Assembly (NCBI RefSeq): GCF_003991155.1
Contig: NZ_CP031293.1
Source of the DNA: Escherichia coli
GTDB taxonomy: Bacteria; Pseudomonadota; Gammaproteobacteria; Enterobacterales; Enterobacteriaceae
Direction: 5' to 3' (one strand)
DNA length: 64,000 bases
Both the position numbers and the translations under genes were made by a program. Numbering within the stretch: position 1 is the stretch's first letter; each line of letters begins with the position of its first letter. The notes under the pieces are model-generated. The model did no database searches. It was not told the DNA's origin and saw nothing but the letters and a program-made list of their open reading frames with translations. Shown piece by piece: positions 1-10,715 of this stretch.

Positions 1-729
1 GCGGCGCTTGTCGGCGGTCAGCAGGTCAGGTAAATCGAGGGTCAGAATGAGCCCGTTCAGCGGCTGACGGGCGCGCTTCTCTACCAGCCAGCCCAGGGCA
101 TGTTCCCATAACCGGCGGTGCAAAACATTTGCATCCGGCTGTTCACAGAGCGAGCCATCAATATCGAATATCACCGCCTGTTGCCCGACATGCGGGATGA
201 GATACAGGCGCGGCTCCGCCCCACGCACCGCTTCGGGGATATAAATTATGTCAGACGGAAAACCCTCGCGCAGCAGTGTCGTTTTGCCACTGCCCGCCGG
301 ACCGATAACCATATACCAGGGCAACTGCCACAGGTAGCGGCGGTTGTCGAGATGGCGTTGCAGGCGCAGTAACCAGCGGTCGAGGTAACGCTGCTGGGCG
401 TTCAGCTCCACGCTGAGCGGATCAACGGCCTCTTCGCGCTGCTGTTTTTGCTGTTTTTCAAGCTGTTGCAGGCGCTTCATTACCCGGACAGTAAGCCACA
501 CCAGGGCAATAATCCCCCATGCTGCCGTTGCCAGCCAGCGGTTAGCCAGTGGTTTGAGCCACTGTTCTTCATACAGCGTCCACGTCGGGCCTTTCCACCA
601 GATCCACACCAGCAGGAAAATCCACGCCAGTATCAGCAGCCAGAATGCAGAAACCTTAAACCGGGGCATCGCCGGGCGCAGGGCTGATTTGAGTCCGCTG
701 AATAGTCGGGGTGTTGGTAATCTGAACAC
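1..729 (-). CDS. tssM: TssM/IcmF-like T6SS membrane subunit, N-terminal part (continues beyond window start)
   Basis: Minus-strand frame open from GTG at 729 (GGAG 5 nt upstream) to position 1; translation contains Walker A GPAGSGKTT and an N-terminal hydrophobic segment. Absent from the ORF track because it has no stop in the window. Alternative ATG start at 669. Confidence 0.75.
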   Translation of the reverse strand, partial: MFRLPTPRLFSGLKSALRPAMPRFKVSAFWLLILAWIFLLVWIWWKGPTWTLYEEQWLKPLANRWLATAAWGIIALVWLTVRVMKRLQQLEKQQKQQREEAVDPLSVELNAQQRYLDRWLLRLQRHLDNRRYLWQLPWYMVIGPAGSGKTTLLREGFPSDIIYIPEAVRGAEPRLYLIPHVGQQAVIFDIDGSLCEQPDANVLHRRLWEHALGWLVEKRARQPLNGLILTLDLPDLLTADKRR

Positions 730-747
730 AAAAACTCCTGTTCTCTT

Positions 748-2176
748 TTATTGTTCTGCCGTGAATTTTTGTTCAAGCTGTTCAAGTAACGATGGCTCCC
801 AGTCGGCCACCATCATTTGCAACCCCATCCTGAACAACATCCGGTACTGCTGCTGCGCAAGCTGTACCAGCCCCGCCTCTTCCGTCAACTGGGCGGCAAG
901 GTACTGGCGGTGAAACTGATCGCGGGGATCGCCTTCGGGTAGCATGTCCAGATACCGCAGCGCCGCCTCCAGCCCCTGCTCAGCAAAACAGGCCCTGGCC
1001 GCCTGCGATTCCTCACCGGCCTGCGCAACCGGTGCCACTTTGCAGTCGGGCGAAGCGGACAGCCATTGTTTCGTCTGCTCACTGATAAACGGTGTGCGGT
1101 CATTAAACAGCAGCCCGGTAAGCTGGGGCAGGCGCTCAAGGAAGCGGGTGACCTCATCGCGGATGGCGTCTGCCACCTGTTTGTAACCCAGGCGCAGTGC
1201 CGTCTGTGCAGAAAGGCAGTGACCGTCCAGCCAGTAAGGAGCCAGCAGTACGCTTTTCTCCACCTGCTGCCACAGCGCCATATCCGCGCTGGCAAGCCGG
1301 GACTGGTAATCCGCCACCATATCGGCAGAAACCGCAGCCAGCGGGGTGCGTCCATCGCTTTCCACCTGGGGTGTACTGGTGATGTTCTGCCACAGCGCAT
1401 GGCGGCGCAGACGGTAGCCCTGCGGTGAGTCCGGCTGGCGTTCACATAAAATGGCCGCCACTTTTAACAGCGTGTCACGCCAGGCTTTGTCGTCGTGACT
1501 GTCAACCGTAACCTGGGGGGCCGGGACGGCAGGCGCCGTACTGGCGTTTTGCGAAGCAGCGGATACGGGAGCAGCAACGGTTTGCGCCAGTGTGCCGGTA
1601 TTTGCCGGAGAGGCCGGTGACACGGGCGCAGTACCATTAAACGCGCGCTGGTACAGGGCAAAAAGATCATCCGTCGCCTGTGCCAGTTCCGGGACGTTAT
1701 GCGACTGCCAGCACTGCGCCAGCTTTGCCAGTTCCCCCAGCAGCGCATCGCGCTGTGCCGTGGCTGCACTTTCCGCAAAAGACGTGACGCCCGCCTCAAA
1801 ACGTTTTATCACCTGACTGGCAAAGCGTTTTTTATGCGCCATATTCTGCGGCGCGGCCACCGCCCAGTAATGCTCCACATACAGCGCCAGCAGGCGCAAG
1901 GCCAGGAGCGGATCACCGGCATGTTGCAGGGTTCTCAGCAGATGCGCCAGCAGGCGAAAATCCTTACTCTCCGAAGCCAGAAGGACCAGCCCCCGGTGCT
2001 GGAGTTCAGGGATATCCAGCTGGCTGTGCGCCAGCGATCCCAGCTTGACAATCCCACCGTCGATATACTCCCAGTCCGGGTTATCGTCCTTCAGCGCTGA
2101 TGCCAGTTTCTCTTCCGGCAGGTTTTCCAGCAGGTGCGATACCCAGACATTCGGATCGCGTAAGTCCATTGCCATA
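748..2176 (-). CDS. tssA: TssA (ImpA N-terminal domain) T6SS protein
   Basis: ORF 748..2241; likely start MAMDLRDP at 2176 with GGAGA upstream; ImpA_N-like N-terminus; sits in the T6SS operon. Confidence 0.8.
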
Positions 2177-2179
2177 TTT

Positions 2180-2923
2180 TTATTCTCCCGCCCAGTGGCA
2201 GGCATCGCGCAGGGGTGCAATCGCCCCTGCCAGCCCGTCAATGTTAAAGGTCAGCTTTCCGGCGGCGTTGTCTGCGCCGGTATCCACCGTCAGCGTTTTT
2301 GCGCCAAATAACTGTTTAATTTCATCAATACCGGATAACCCCCGGCTGGACTCCAGCAGGGTGCCGTTCTCGCGTACAAACCAGTGGCTGCGTAATGCCC
2401 GGCTGTCAGCATTCAGGGTAACGGCGATATCATGGACATCCAGAGGGTGCATCAGCGCCACCTGCATCCGGGTAATATTGTCCACGCAACTGAACATCAG
2501 CACCGGGCGCGGCGGAACATGGCCGATAGCCGGGGTGGTTATCACCACCGTCGGGCGTTCCCCCGGCACCTGCGTCACCAGCAGCTCCGTGGTGTTGCCC
2601 TGGCGGCGTTTTTCCTGCTCTGTGGCGCGGGTCCAGGCTTCGCCCACAAAACCAGCTTTGACCAGCGCCCCGTCAAACCCTGACGGGGACAGCGGTTCCA
2701 GCAGGCGGTCATAGCAGTCAAGCCGCTCCAGCGCCGCAGACTCCCGCCGACAGGACTGCATGGCCTGTAACGTGGCTGTCGCATCCGGCGGTGTCGCTGT
2801 GGCGACAGCTACTGCCACACCGGCCATTGACGATGTTTCTGCGGGCGCGGCACTGGCGGGTAAGCCCGCCATCAGGCCCGCGATAAACCATCCTGTCTGC
2901 CGGAAAACGCGCAACCTGCTCAT
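2180..2923 (-). CDS. T6SS-associated secreted/periplasmic protein, VasI-like
   Basis: 247 aa with N-terminal signal peptide (hydrophobic stretch ending ASAAPA); start overlaps clpV stop; operon context. Confidence 0.5.
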   Translation of the reverse strand: MSRLRVFRQTGWFIAGLMAGLPASAAPAETSSMAGVAVAVATATPPDATATLQAMQSCRRESAALERLDCYDRLLEPLSPSGFDGALVKAGFVGEAWTRATEQEKRRQGNTTELLVTQVPGERPTVVITTPAIGHVPPRPVLMFSCVDNITRMQVALMHPLDVHDIAVTLNADSRALRSHWFVRENGTLLESSRGLSGIDEIKQLFGAKTLTVDTGADNAAGKLTFNIDGLAGAIAPLRDACHWAGE

Positions 2924-5658
2924 AAAACCGTTTCATCCTCTGTGACGGACTCGTCGTCCAGAGCATCTTCCACATCTGCTGTGAACGCGCCGTCTGCCGC
3001 CGACAGCCGAATCCGGGCAATCGCCGTGTTGGCTGCCATCTTCTGCAACAGCAGCAGGGAGAGCGGCGGCAGCATGTCGCCGTCAATGACCGATTCGAGC
3101 ATCCTCGCGCCGTTTTCCGCTCGGGTGACGCGGCTCATGATTTCGTCCGTCACTTCCGGTTCAATAATCACTTCTGCGCTAAAGCGGCTGCGCAGCACGT
3201 TATCCAGGCGGGTGAGTTTCCCGGCAATGATGGTGGCGAGTGTCTCTTTCGACAGCGGCAGGTACGGCACCACTTCCATACGCGCCAGCAGGGCAGGTTT
3301 AAAGAAGTCCGCCAGCACCGGATACAGGGCTTCCTGCATGGTTTCCGGGTCATCGGCATGTTCGACAATCACCTGGTAGCCGAGGTTGGAGGTGAGGAAG
3401 AAGACGATATTTTTGCAGTCAATCAGGCGGCCCTCACCGTCGGCCATCTCACCCTTGTCAAATGCCTGGTAGAACAGGTTGAGCACATCCGGGTGCGCTT
3501 TTTCCACTTCGTCGAGAAGTACCACCGAGTACGGTTTCTGGCGGATCGCTTCGGTCAGCACGCCGCCTTCGCCATAGCCGACATAGCCCGGAGGAGAACC
3601 AATCAGCCGCGAAACGGTGTGTTTTTCCTGAAACTCGGACATATTGATGGTGGTGAGGTACTGGCGACCGCCGTAGAGCAGCTCCGCCAGTTGCAGGACG
3701 GTTTCGGTTTTACCCACGCCGCTGGGGCCAGCCAGCAGGAACGCGCCAAGCGGACGTCCCGGACGGCGCAGGTCGGCGCGCGCGGTCAGCAGGTGTTTAT
3801 GCAGGCTGGCAATCGCCAGGTCCTGGCCTTTGATGGTGTCGCCCAGCCATACCGGCAGGTCGGTGATGACTGACATCTCATTCTGCGACAGGCGGTTAAG
3901 CGGCACACCGGTCCATTCGGCAATCACCGCCGCAATCTGTTTTTTATCGACATGCGGGGAAACCAGCAACCGGTCGTTATGCAGGGCGTCCAGTTCGGCA
4001 GTGAGCTGTGCCAGCCGCTGCACCGGGGAAACTGTTTCAGCGGTCTCTTCCGGCTGTACACTGCCAGCTTCATCAGCCGGTGTGGCACCGGTATTATCCT
4101 GCTCTGAATCTGGCGGCGTATCCACTACGACATCTGTGTCCTCTGCCACGCCCAGTAACTTCTGACGCAGCGCGATAATCTCCTGTACCAGCGTCTGTTG
4201 CTGATGCCAGGCGGCCTCCAGTTCATCCAGCGCCGTCAGCGTTTCATCATACTGCACCAGCACTTCGGTCATCCGTGTGGTGTCGGTACGCAGCCCGATG
4301 CGAAGCTCGCGCTCAAGCTGGCGAATTTCCGCCTCCTGCTGGTGGCTCAGGGTGGTCAGCGCCGAGATTTGCTTCGGTGGCGATGACAGGTTGATTGCCA
4401 CACGGGCGCAGGCGGTATCCAGCACATCAATGGCTTTGTCCGGCAACTGACGCCCGGAGAGATAACGCTCACTTAATGTCGCAGCGGCCTGCAAGGCGTC
4501 ATCATCAATCAGCACGCCGTGAGACTGTTCATAGACCGAAGAGAGGCCGCGCAGAATAATGGTGGCTTCGGCGGCACTGGGTTCGCTGACCTTCACCAAC
4601 TGGAAGCGGCGCGACAGGGCGGCATCTTTCTCAAAGTATTTTTTGTATTCGCTCCAGGTTGTGGCGGCGATGGTTTTCAGTTCGCCACGCGCCAGCGCCG
4701 GTTTGAGCAGGTTGGATATATCCAGCCCGCCCTGCTGGTTGCCCGCGCCAATCAGGGTGTGCGCTTCGTCAATAAACAGAATGACCGGCTCCGGGGACGA
4801 TATGACTTCCGCCATCAGCCCCTTGAAGCGTTTTTCAAACTCACCTTTCACCGACGCACCAGCCTGCAATGCGCCCAGGTCAAGGGTCATAATATCGGTG
4901 TTTTTCAGCTTGTCCGGCACCTGGCCTGTCACAATACGCAGCGCCAGCCCTTCAATCAGCGCGCTTTTTCCCACGCCTGCTTCGCCCACCACAACCGGGT
5001 TGTTTTTACGGCGGCGGCAGAGAATGTCGATCATCAGGTCAATTTCATGATCGCGGCACAGCACCGGGTCGAGCCTGCCGTTACGGGCATCTTCGGTCAT
5101 GTTTTTGGCGTAGCGGGCAAGCAGGGTGTCCCCTGTATCCACCACAACACTGACGGCCTTTTCGTCGACCCCCTGCATCGCGGTTTCTGCCGACTCGCGC
5201 GTCCACTGCGCAAAGTCCTGTTGCAGACGATCGCGGTTAATGCCGGTCAGCAGACGTGCGGCCACGCCGGGGACATAACGCAGTGGTGAATGCAGCAGGG
5301 CCAGCAGCAGTACACCGCCACGCAGTTCGCTGTGCTGCATCTCTGCGGAGGCCAGCAGCCCCCCCTCTTTCAGCCACTCGACCAGCATCGGGGAAAATGC
5401 CGGGTAATTGTCTGCTGTGCGCGACGTGGCGTAGTTCTCCACCGTCAGCGCCCGGCGAAGCTCATTCAGGTCGATGTCGGCCCGCTCAGAGATCACCCTT
5501 AAGTCGCTGCGCACTGATGCCAACATCTGCAACAGAACATGCGCCACCGTAATTTCCGATGCCTGCTGACTCATGCACTCCGCTGCCGCCGCTTCCAGCG
5601 CCTGGCGGGAAAACGGATTAAGATGTTTAACCAGTGAGGCCAGATTAATCTGGATCAT
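2920..5658 (-). CDS. clpV: ClpV/TssH AAA+ ATPase
   Basis: 912 aa; two AAA+ modules with Walker A GEAGVGKSA and GPSGVGKTE; Clp N-domain-like N-terminus. Confidence 0.9.
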   Translation of the reverse strand: MIQINLASLVKHLNPFSRQALEAAAAECMSQQASEITVAHVLLQMLASVRSDLRVISERADIDLNELRRALTVENYATSRTADNYPAFSPMLVEWLKEGGLLASAEMQHSELRGGVLLLALLHSPLRYVPGVAARLLTGINRDRLQQDFAQWTRESAETAMQGVDEKAVSVVVDTGDTLLARYAKNMTEDARNGRLDPVLCRDHEIDLMIDILCRRRKNNPVVVGEAGVGKSALIEGLALRIVTGQVPDKLKNTDIMTLDLGALQAGASVKGEFEKRFKGLMAEVISSPEPVILFIDEAHTLIGAGNQQGGLDISNLLKPALARGELKTIAATTWSEYKKYFEKDAALSRRFQLVKVSEPSAAEATIILRGLSSVYEQSHGVLIDDDALQAAATLSERYLSGRQLPDKAIDVLDTACARVAINLSSPPKQISALTTLSHQQEAEIRQLERELRIGLRTDTTRMTEVLVQYDETLTALDELEAAWHQQQTLVQEIIALRQKLLGVAEDTDVVVDTPPDSEQDNTGATPADEAGSVQPEETAETVSPVQRLAQLTAELDALHNDRLLVSPHVDKKQIAAVIAEWTGVPLNRLSQNEMSVITDLPVWLGDTIKGQDLAIASLHKHLLTARADLRRPGRPLGAFLLAGPSGVGKTETVLQLAELLYGGRQYLTTINMSEFQEKHTVSRLIGSPPGYVGYGEGGVLTEAIRQKPYSVVLLDEVEKAHPDVLNLFYQAFDKGEMADGEGRLIDCKNIVFFLTSNLGYQVIVEHADDPETMQEALYPVLADFFKPALLARMEVVPYLPLSKETLATIIAGKLTRLDNVLRSRFSAEVIIEPEVTDEIMSRVTRAENGARMLESVIDGDMLPPLSLLLLQKMAANTAIARIRLSAADGAFTADVEDALDDESVTEDETVL

Positions 5659-5669
5659 ATATTGTGTCC

Positions 5670-6488
5670 TTACCTGGCGAGCAGCCGGTTCAGTTGATGC
5701 AGAATATCCTGCGTCTGACTGTCCAGACGCAGCATGTAGAACAGATAAAACAATGCCAGTACCACCACGCCCCCCATCAGAACATGCTTTATGGTCAGGC
5801 GTTTCATTAACTGATAGCGCCCGCCCTGGGTCTTTTTGTCCTGGTGCAGTAATGGGAAGGGGGCATCGCCACGCAACGTATGCAGGACGTGGTGCAGACG
5901 GCGGTAGATCCGCTCAAACTCCCCCTGATCCTGGACGGCCACTTTGTAGCGCCCGCGAAATCCCAGCGAAAAACAGATAAAGATAAACTCCAGCAGATCC
6001 TGGTAGCGTTTTGGCTCACGGATCAGGCGCTCCAGCAGGATGAAGACCTTCTCCCCCCCCCAGGCTTCATTGTGGAAATGGACCAGCAGCGACTGTTTGA
6101 TCCACTCATTCTTGTTCGACCAGCCGTTACCCAGCGCAGCCTCATCGATAAAAGTGCACAGAACATAGCGAAAAGAGACGATCACGCCAGGCTCATAGCC
6201 CTGCTCCTGGAGTAACTGCTCCACTGCCTGAACGTCGGTCACAACCTGTGCAAAAAGATGTTCCGGCATGGTCTGACTGTTCATCCCGTCCAGGCGCATC
6301 ACCATCCCCAGTAACGGCGTGGCGGCATCGATCATCGGGTTCAGACTGTTACCGCGCAGGGGCAACCGGTACTGGCGGCTGGAAATATCGCCATCGCTGT
6401 CCGGCACCACGGTACTCTGCCTCTCCGGTATATTCCCCATAGCCAGATATTCATTTTCACCGGCTGGCAGGATGAACGGATCGTTCAT
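5670..6488 (-). CDS. tssL: TssL/DotU-family T6SS membrane protein
   Basis: 272 aa, C-terminal transmembrane helix (VLALFYLFYML), operon position between clpV and tssK. Confidence 0.8.
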   Translation of the reverse strand: MNDPFILPAGENEYLAMGNIPERQSTVVPDSDGDISSRQYRLPLRGNSLNPMIDAATPLLGMVMRLDGMNSQTMPEHLFAQVVTDVQAVEQLLQEQGYEPGVIVSFRYVLCTFIDEAALGNGWSNKNEWIKQSLLVHFHNEAWGGEKVFILLERLIREPKRYQDLLEFIFICFSLGFRGRYKVAVQDQGEFERIYRRLHHVLHTLRGDAPFPLLHQDKKTQGGRYQLMKRLTIKHVLMGGVVVLALFYLFYMLRLDSQTQDILHQLNRLLAR

Positions 6489-6492
6489 GGCC

Positions 6493-7836
6493 TTAACCTC
6501 TTATTGCCCACAGTTGTACCCCCAGATCCGGGAAAGTGCCGGAAATATGCAGCGCCAGTGCCCCGGCTTTCATCACGTCCTGCCAGGCAGCTACGCCCTT
6601 GTCGAGTTCGAAGTAAACATAACCGTCGTGATAGGGTAACTGGCGCGGCGCGGCGGTCCGTGGCGTCAGCGGCACGCCCGGCACCTGGACGCTGACCATA
6701 TCGCGGATTTTGTTGGTGGCGGCAATTTTTGACTGCTGGGTAAACTGGTGGATAAGCTGGCTGTGAGGCATTCGCGCACGCACCGCCAGAATAAAGGTGC
6801 CGGACTGCAACAGTGTAGGATCGTTAACGGTGGCGACATAAAACCCATCCGAGAAGACCAGCGGCAGGTTCTGCGCACGCGGCATCAGTACAGTATTGAG
6901 CGCCCGGCGCAGTTCCGGGATCACGGTACTGAATGAGTGGGTCAGATCGCGGTGACTGTACACCTCCACCGGACAGGGAAGACGGCTGTCCTCCGTGAAG
7001 GTCATCAGTTCACCCAGCAGGCGAACAAGATCCAGATAAAAGGTTTCCGGATGCAGGGTATGCAGGTGCGTGCGGTGAGTGAAGTGCATCTGGCTGCGGT
7101 TAAGCATCTGCAACATCATAAACTCGGCCACATCGGCAATGCCACTTTGCTCTGGCGAGCCAATACGCTTTGCCAGTTCGCTGGCGCGGTTGCTGATAAG
7201 CCCCTGCACATCACCGGCAAACCCGCTGAGTACCGGACTGACCCGGATGGCCTGACAGGTGGGAATAAAACTGTCGTCCAGCACCAGCGCGCCATTAGCC
7301 AGCTTGTCACGGATACGGCACAGCGGCAGCGTCACCATTGCGCTGAGATCATCCGCACCGCTGACAATTTTGGGTGCAAGTTGCCCGAGGACAATTTGCT
7401 GAACATCGCCATCATCAGAGTGCAAATCACGGACATCAGCACGGGCCAGGCGGTAACGCTCCGTCCCCTGCCCTGCGCTCTGACGTCCCTCAATTTCACA
7501 GGTAATATCGCTGATGACAGGCAGCGCCAGATAAATGTCATGGCTTCCGGGTTTTGAGAGATCAAGCGGCTGATACGGGACAGGAAGCTGATCCTGCTCC
7601 GGAATGCTGAACACCGTACCATCCGGCATACAGCCTGCTGCGTTGTCGAGCATGAGTTTTCCCTGGGCCAGCAGCTCGGTGTTAATCGACAATGACGTGA
7701 AGCCCCAGGCAAAATCATCCTGTGCGCTGATACGCTGGTTCAGCAAATACTCCTGGTTCCGCTGCTGTTGCTGAAAATGCTGCGGCAGGGCAAACAACCC
7801 TTCCTGCCAGATCACCCTGTTTTTCATGGTCGCCAT
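6493..7836 (-). CDS. tssK: TssK baseplate protein
   Basis: ORF 6493..7938; probable start MATMKNRVIWQEG at 7836 directly after tssJ stop. Confidence 0.8.
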   Translation of the reverse strand: MATMKNRVIWQEGLFALPQHFQQQQRNQEYLLNQRISAQDDFAWGFTSLSINTELLAQGKLMLDNAAGCMPDGTVFSIPEQDQLPVPYQPLDLSKPGSHDIYLALPVISDITCEIEGRQSAGQGTERYRLARADVRDLHSDDGDVQQIVLGQLAPKIVSGADDLSAMVTLPLCRIRDKLANGALVLDDSFIPTCQAIRVSPVLSGFAGDVQGLISNRASELAKRIGSPEQSGIADVAEFMMLQMLNRSQMHFTHRTHLHTLHPETFYLDLVRLLGELMTFTEDSRLPCPVEVYSHRDLTHSFSTVIPELRRALNTVLMPRAQNLPLVFSDGFYVATVNDPTLLQSGTFILAVRARMPHSQLIHQFTQQSKIAATNKIRDMVSVQVPGVPLTPRTAAPRQLPYHDGYVYFELDKGVAAWQDVMKAGALALHISGTFPDLGVQLWAIRG

Positions 7837-7838
7837 TG

Positions 7839-8372
7839 TCAGTTTTCCTCTTTTTTCATTTCGATACTGCTTTGCCTTACATGCACCAGCAAACGGTAGT
7901 GATGGCCTGTACCTTCCACCGCTTCGATTTGTTTCCATTCGGTCGCCTGGTCATCGGAGAAGTAGGCCACGACACCGATAAACTGCGTTTTCTCATCCAG
8001 CTTTACCGGCGGCAGGGTTTTAATGGTGTCCGGCAGCAGGTTAAAGTCCTGGTGGTCGATATAGTTTTTACCCAGCACATCCGGCAGCGGCGTACTGGCG
8101 ATCTGGTCATAGTCGGCTGCCTGCAACTTAGAGTCGTCGCTCATATAAATCAGTTGCACATCAACTGCCGCCGCCTCACCTTCTGCATTAATATTTGTGT
8201 CCGGCTCGGTCAGCAACGTGACCGTCACCTCTGAGGCCTGATCCGCCAGTTTCCCGACCTGAATATCCGGATTCTTGATCACCTGGCCGAGCTTTTTCAC
8301 TGTTTCGCAGCCTGTCAGGGTGAGGCTGAACAGCACCACCATCGTGCAGACGCGAAAGAAGCGCGCGGTCAT
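7839..8372 (-). CDS. tssJ: TssJ outer-membrane lipoprotein
   Basis: 177 aa; signal peptide with lipobox LTGC; T6SS context. Confidence 0.8.
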   Translation of the reverse strand: MTARFFRVCTMVVLFSLTLTGCETVKKLGQVIKNPDIQVGKLADQASEVTVTLLTEPDTNINAEGEAAAVDVQLIYMSDDSKLQAADYDQIASTPLPDVLGKNYIDHQDFNLLPDTIKTLPPVKLDEKTQFIGVVAYFSDDQATEWKQIEAVEGTGHHYRLLVHVRQSSIEMKKEEN

Positions 8373-9667
8373 GCTTCCGGCTCCCGCTGTTTCTCACGCA
8401 GTACCCGGTCATAGACCTGGGCATAGACTTCGTTAAACAGCATTTCAAATCCCTGCTGGCGATCGGACGCCAGTTCTTCGTAATAATGGCTGTACATCTG
8501 CCAGGCTCCGGCGGCGTCCAGCGGCTGGCGAAGTTCATGGCTGCGGCGGTACTGCACAAAACGGCGCATCAGGCTCTGTGGTGAAAACGCATCCAGCAGC
8601 ACGCGGAGCGACTCCACAATCGCCGCCCGGTTGGCCTCTTCGTGATGGCGGATATTGCGCAGGCTTTCGCTGACGGCGGCAGGGGCCGCCAGATGTACCG
8701 GGCTTTTGCCCTCTGCAAACATCACATCAAGCGCGGTGGCGTAATCCATGTTCAGCCGCAGCGGGTTATCTTCCAGCGGGCGCAAATGTTTATCCGACAG
8801 GCTGTTACGGTGCTGTTGTAGATCGAGTAACCCTTTTATTGCCGCCTGTAGGGTTCGTCCGGCCTCTTCGAGAAAACCATCCGCATCCTGCGAGTTGCGT
8901 ACAGCCAGGGTACTACCCAGCCCACGCAGTAGCGGGGTAACAGCAAGATGGAGTTGGGCGATGTCAGTCGGATTAACGGAATCATCATGCTTCTCCTGCG
9001 GATCGGGATACACCGGAGGCAGATCCATAAACGGTTTGTCGATCACACCATCCCTGACGGGAGCCGAAGAGCGGGTTGGGACGATCCCGGAGAGAGGATC
9101 ACCCGCCACCGTCAAACTTTCTGCCTGAAGCGCCTGCAACGGATCGGCTGAAAAACTGTTGGCCACGGTATCTGCAAGCTGGTGTCGCTGGGGCATACCT
9201 GGATATGCAGGCTGGCCGTCCGTTGTCAGCAATGAGTCCGCCAGACGATCACGGTTAGTGACGATAGTTTCAGGTGCTGCCATCTGTTCGCTGTAAGTGA
9301 TCAGTTTTCCTGTGTGGATAAACACCTTCAGCGCCAGTGCCCCCAGCACGATCTCGTCCCCCTGTCGCAGACGTACCAGCCCGGCATCCAGGGCAACCGG
9401 AGCCAGGTTAATCATCAGTCCTGTACCCAGACTCTTCAGACAAAATGCGCCGTCATGCACCACCACCTGGCAGGCACGACCGGCAACGGAACCGGCCCTG
9501 TCCTGTACCGGCCAGTGGCACTCAGGCAGGTTACCGATATCCCCGCCATCAGCAGTAAAGAGGCATTTTGCGGCACGTCCGCTCTCCAGTTCATTACCGT
9601 TCATCACCTGTAATGTCATTGAGAGCCGGGAGGACTGCGTTTTTTCTTCAGCCATATGCGATTCCAT
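8369..9667 (-). CDS. tagH: FHA-domain T6SS protein (TagH-like)
   Basis: ORF 8369..9841; probable start MESHMAEEK at 9667 just after tssG stop; forkhead-associated-like N-terminal region, Pro-rich linker. Confidence 0.65.
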   Translation of the reverse strand: MESHMAEEKTQSSRLSMTLQVMNGNELESGRAAKCLFTADGGDIGNLPECHWPVQDRAGSVAGRACQVVVHDGAFCLKSLGTGLMINLAPVALDAGLVRLRQGDEIVLGALALKVFIHTGKLITYSEQMAAPETIVTNRDRLADSLLTTDGQPAYPGMPQRHQLADTVANSFSADPLQALQAESLTVAGDPLSGIVPTRSSAPVRDGVIDKPFMDLPPVYPDPQEKHDDSVNPTDIAQLHLAVTPLLRGLGSTLAVRNSQDADGFLEEAGRTLQAAIKGLLDLQQHRNSLSDKHLRPLEDNPLRLNMDYATALDVMFAEGKSPVHLAAPAAVSESLRNIRHHEEANRAAIVESLRVLLDAFSPQSLMRRFVQYRRSHELRQPLDAAGAWQMYSHYYEELASDRQQGFEMLFNEVYAQVYDRVLREKQREPEA

Positions 9668-9671
9668 AAAA

Positions 9672-10715
9672 TTAATCCCTGATGTGAAGGGTGACGGAGG
9701 GCGGCGTTTTGGGCTGACCAATAAACGCCGTGCGTCCGATGCAGGAGCGGGAACGATCACCCAGCAGCATTCCTTTTGCCTGTTCCGGAGCCAGATCCAG
9801 CCGGAGATCCCAGGCAAACTGATCGCGCAACAGAAAGGCAATAAACATGGTCAGCGCCTGGTGGTTTTCGCCTTCCGGTAAAAACGAGAGATAGCACGCC
9901 ATGGAAAGATTACTTAACCGCAGCAGAAATTTTCCGCTGCGATCAGGTACTCTGGCACCCAGCGTAAAATTAACGCCAATGACGGAGCGCCCTGGTACGT
10001 ATCCGGCGGTTTTCTTTTTAGCATTACGCACGCCCAGCCGGTTCTGCTGGTCAGGCGCAATGACCACCTTTCGTAACTGCCAGCTTTCAATACTGACATC
10101 CGGCAGATCAAAGCAGTGGCTGACCAGGTTGCACACCACATCCGGCGAGCGCCCCGGCGTTGCCAGAATTCCGGCATACGCGAGCATTTTGCTGTGGTTG
10201 ATGGCAAGCCTGTCACGCACACTCTGGTTGCCCAGCCCAACCAGCGCATACATTCGCTGTGAAAAGACATCCGTCCCACCGTTGCGAAAACAGATGTAAT
10301 AGCGGTACTTACGCCAGGCATGGTAGGCAAATTGCGTCCAGCGGTGGCTGAACAGATCAAGAAATGCTTTCAGCCCTTCTTCATTCTGTGCGGATTCCCG
10401 CGCCATCCGATCCAGGTAATAACCGGGTAGCGGAGACTGGCCGCCGGAGAAACCGAGAAATTTTGTGGTCAGGGTAAACTGCCCGGAATCCCTGCGCTCA
10501 AGCGTGCTCAGGTCGCTACAGGGAAAGGCAATACTGGCGTCAGATTTAAACAGCGCCACTTCCTTTTCTGGCTCGGTGCGCAGGGACGGATCCTGATTCG
10601 GTGCACCATATCGGCGGTACAGTGATTCCATCAGCACATAAAAATTTATCCCGCGCACATCCGGGAGTATTCCCGTTCCCTCTATATCAGGGCGTGCTGG
10701 CCCGTATGTTGCCAT
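9672..10715 (-). CDS. tssG: TssG baseplate protein
   Basis: 347 aa, overlaps tssF 3' end, conserved operon position. Confidence 0.8.
   Translation of the reverse strand: MATYGPARPDIEGTGILPDVRGINFYVLMESLYRRYGAPNQDPSLRTEPEKEVALFKSDASIAFPCSDLSTLERRDSGQFTLTTKFLGFSGGQSPLPGYYLDRMARESAQNEEGLKAFLDLFSHRWTQFAYHAWRKYRYYICFRNGGTDVFSQRMYALVGLGNQSVRDRLAINHSKMLAYAGILATPGRSPDVVCNLVSHCFDLPDVSIESWQLRKVVIAPDQQNRLGVRNAKKKTAGYVPGRSVIGVNFTLGARVPDRSGKFLLRLSNLSMACYLSFLPEGENHQALTMFIAFLLRDQFAWDLRLDLAPEQAKGMLLGDRSRSCIGRTAFIGQPKTPPSVTLHIRD

Noticed and set aside
118-913. Plus-strand ORFs 118..372, 448..687 and 554..913 at the window start
   Set aside because: They lie antisense to the tssM N-terminal coding region (Walker A on the minus strand) and have GC-rich, Arg/Pro-rich translations typical of antisense frames
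885-2311. Multiple ORFs on both strands overlapping tssA (e.g. 885..1445 -, 1066..1428 +, 1699..2100 +)
   Set aside because: Alternative frames of a GC-rich gene; low-complexity Arg/Ala/Pro-rich translations; tssA occupies the region
3358-5552. Long plus-strand ORFs (3358..3873, 4519..5289, 5256..5552) inside clpV
   Set aside because: Antisense to the well-supported clpV frame with its two AAA+ Walker A motifs
6937-7557. 206-aa plus-strand ORF inside tssK
   Set aside because: Antisense to tssK; no RBS or operon logic
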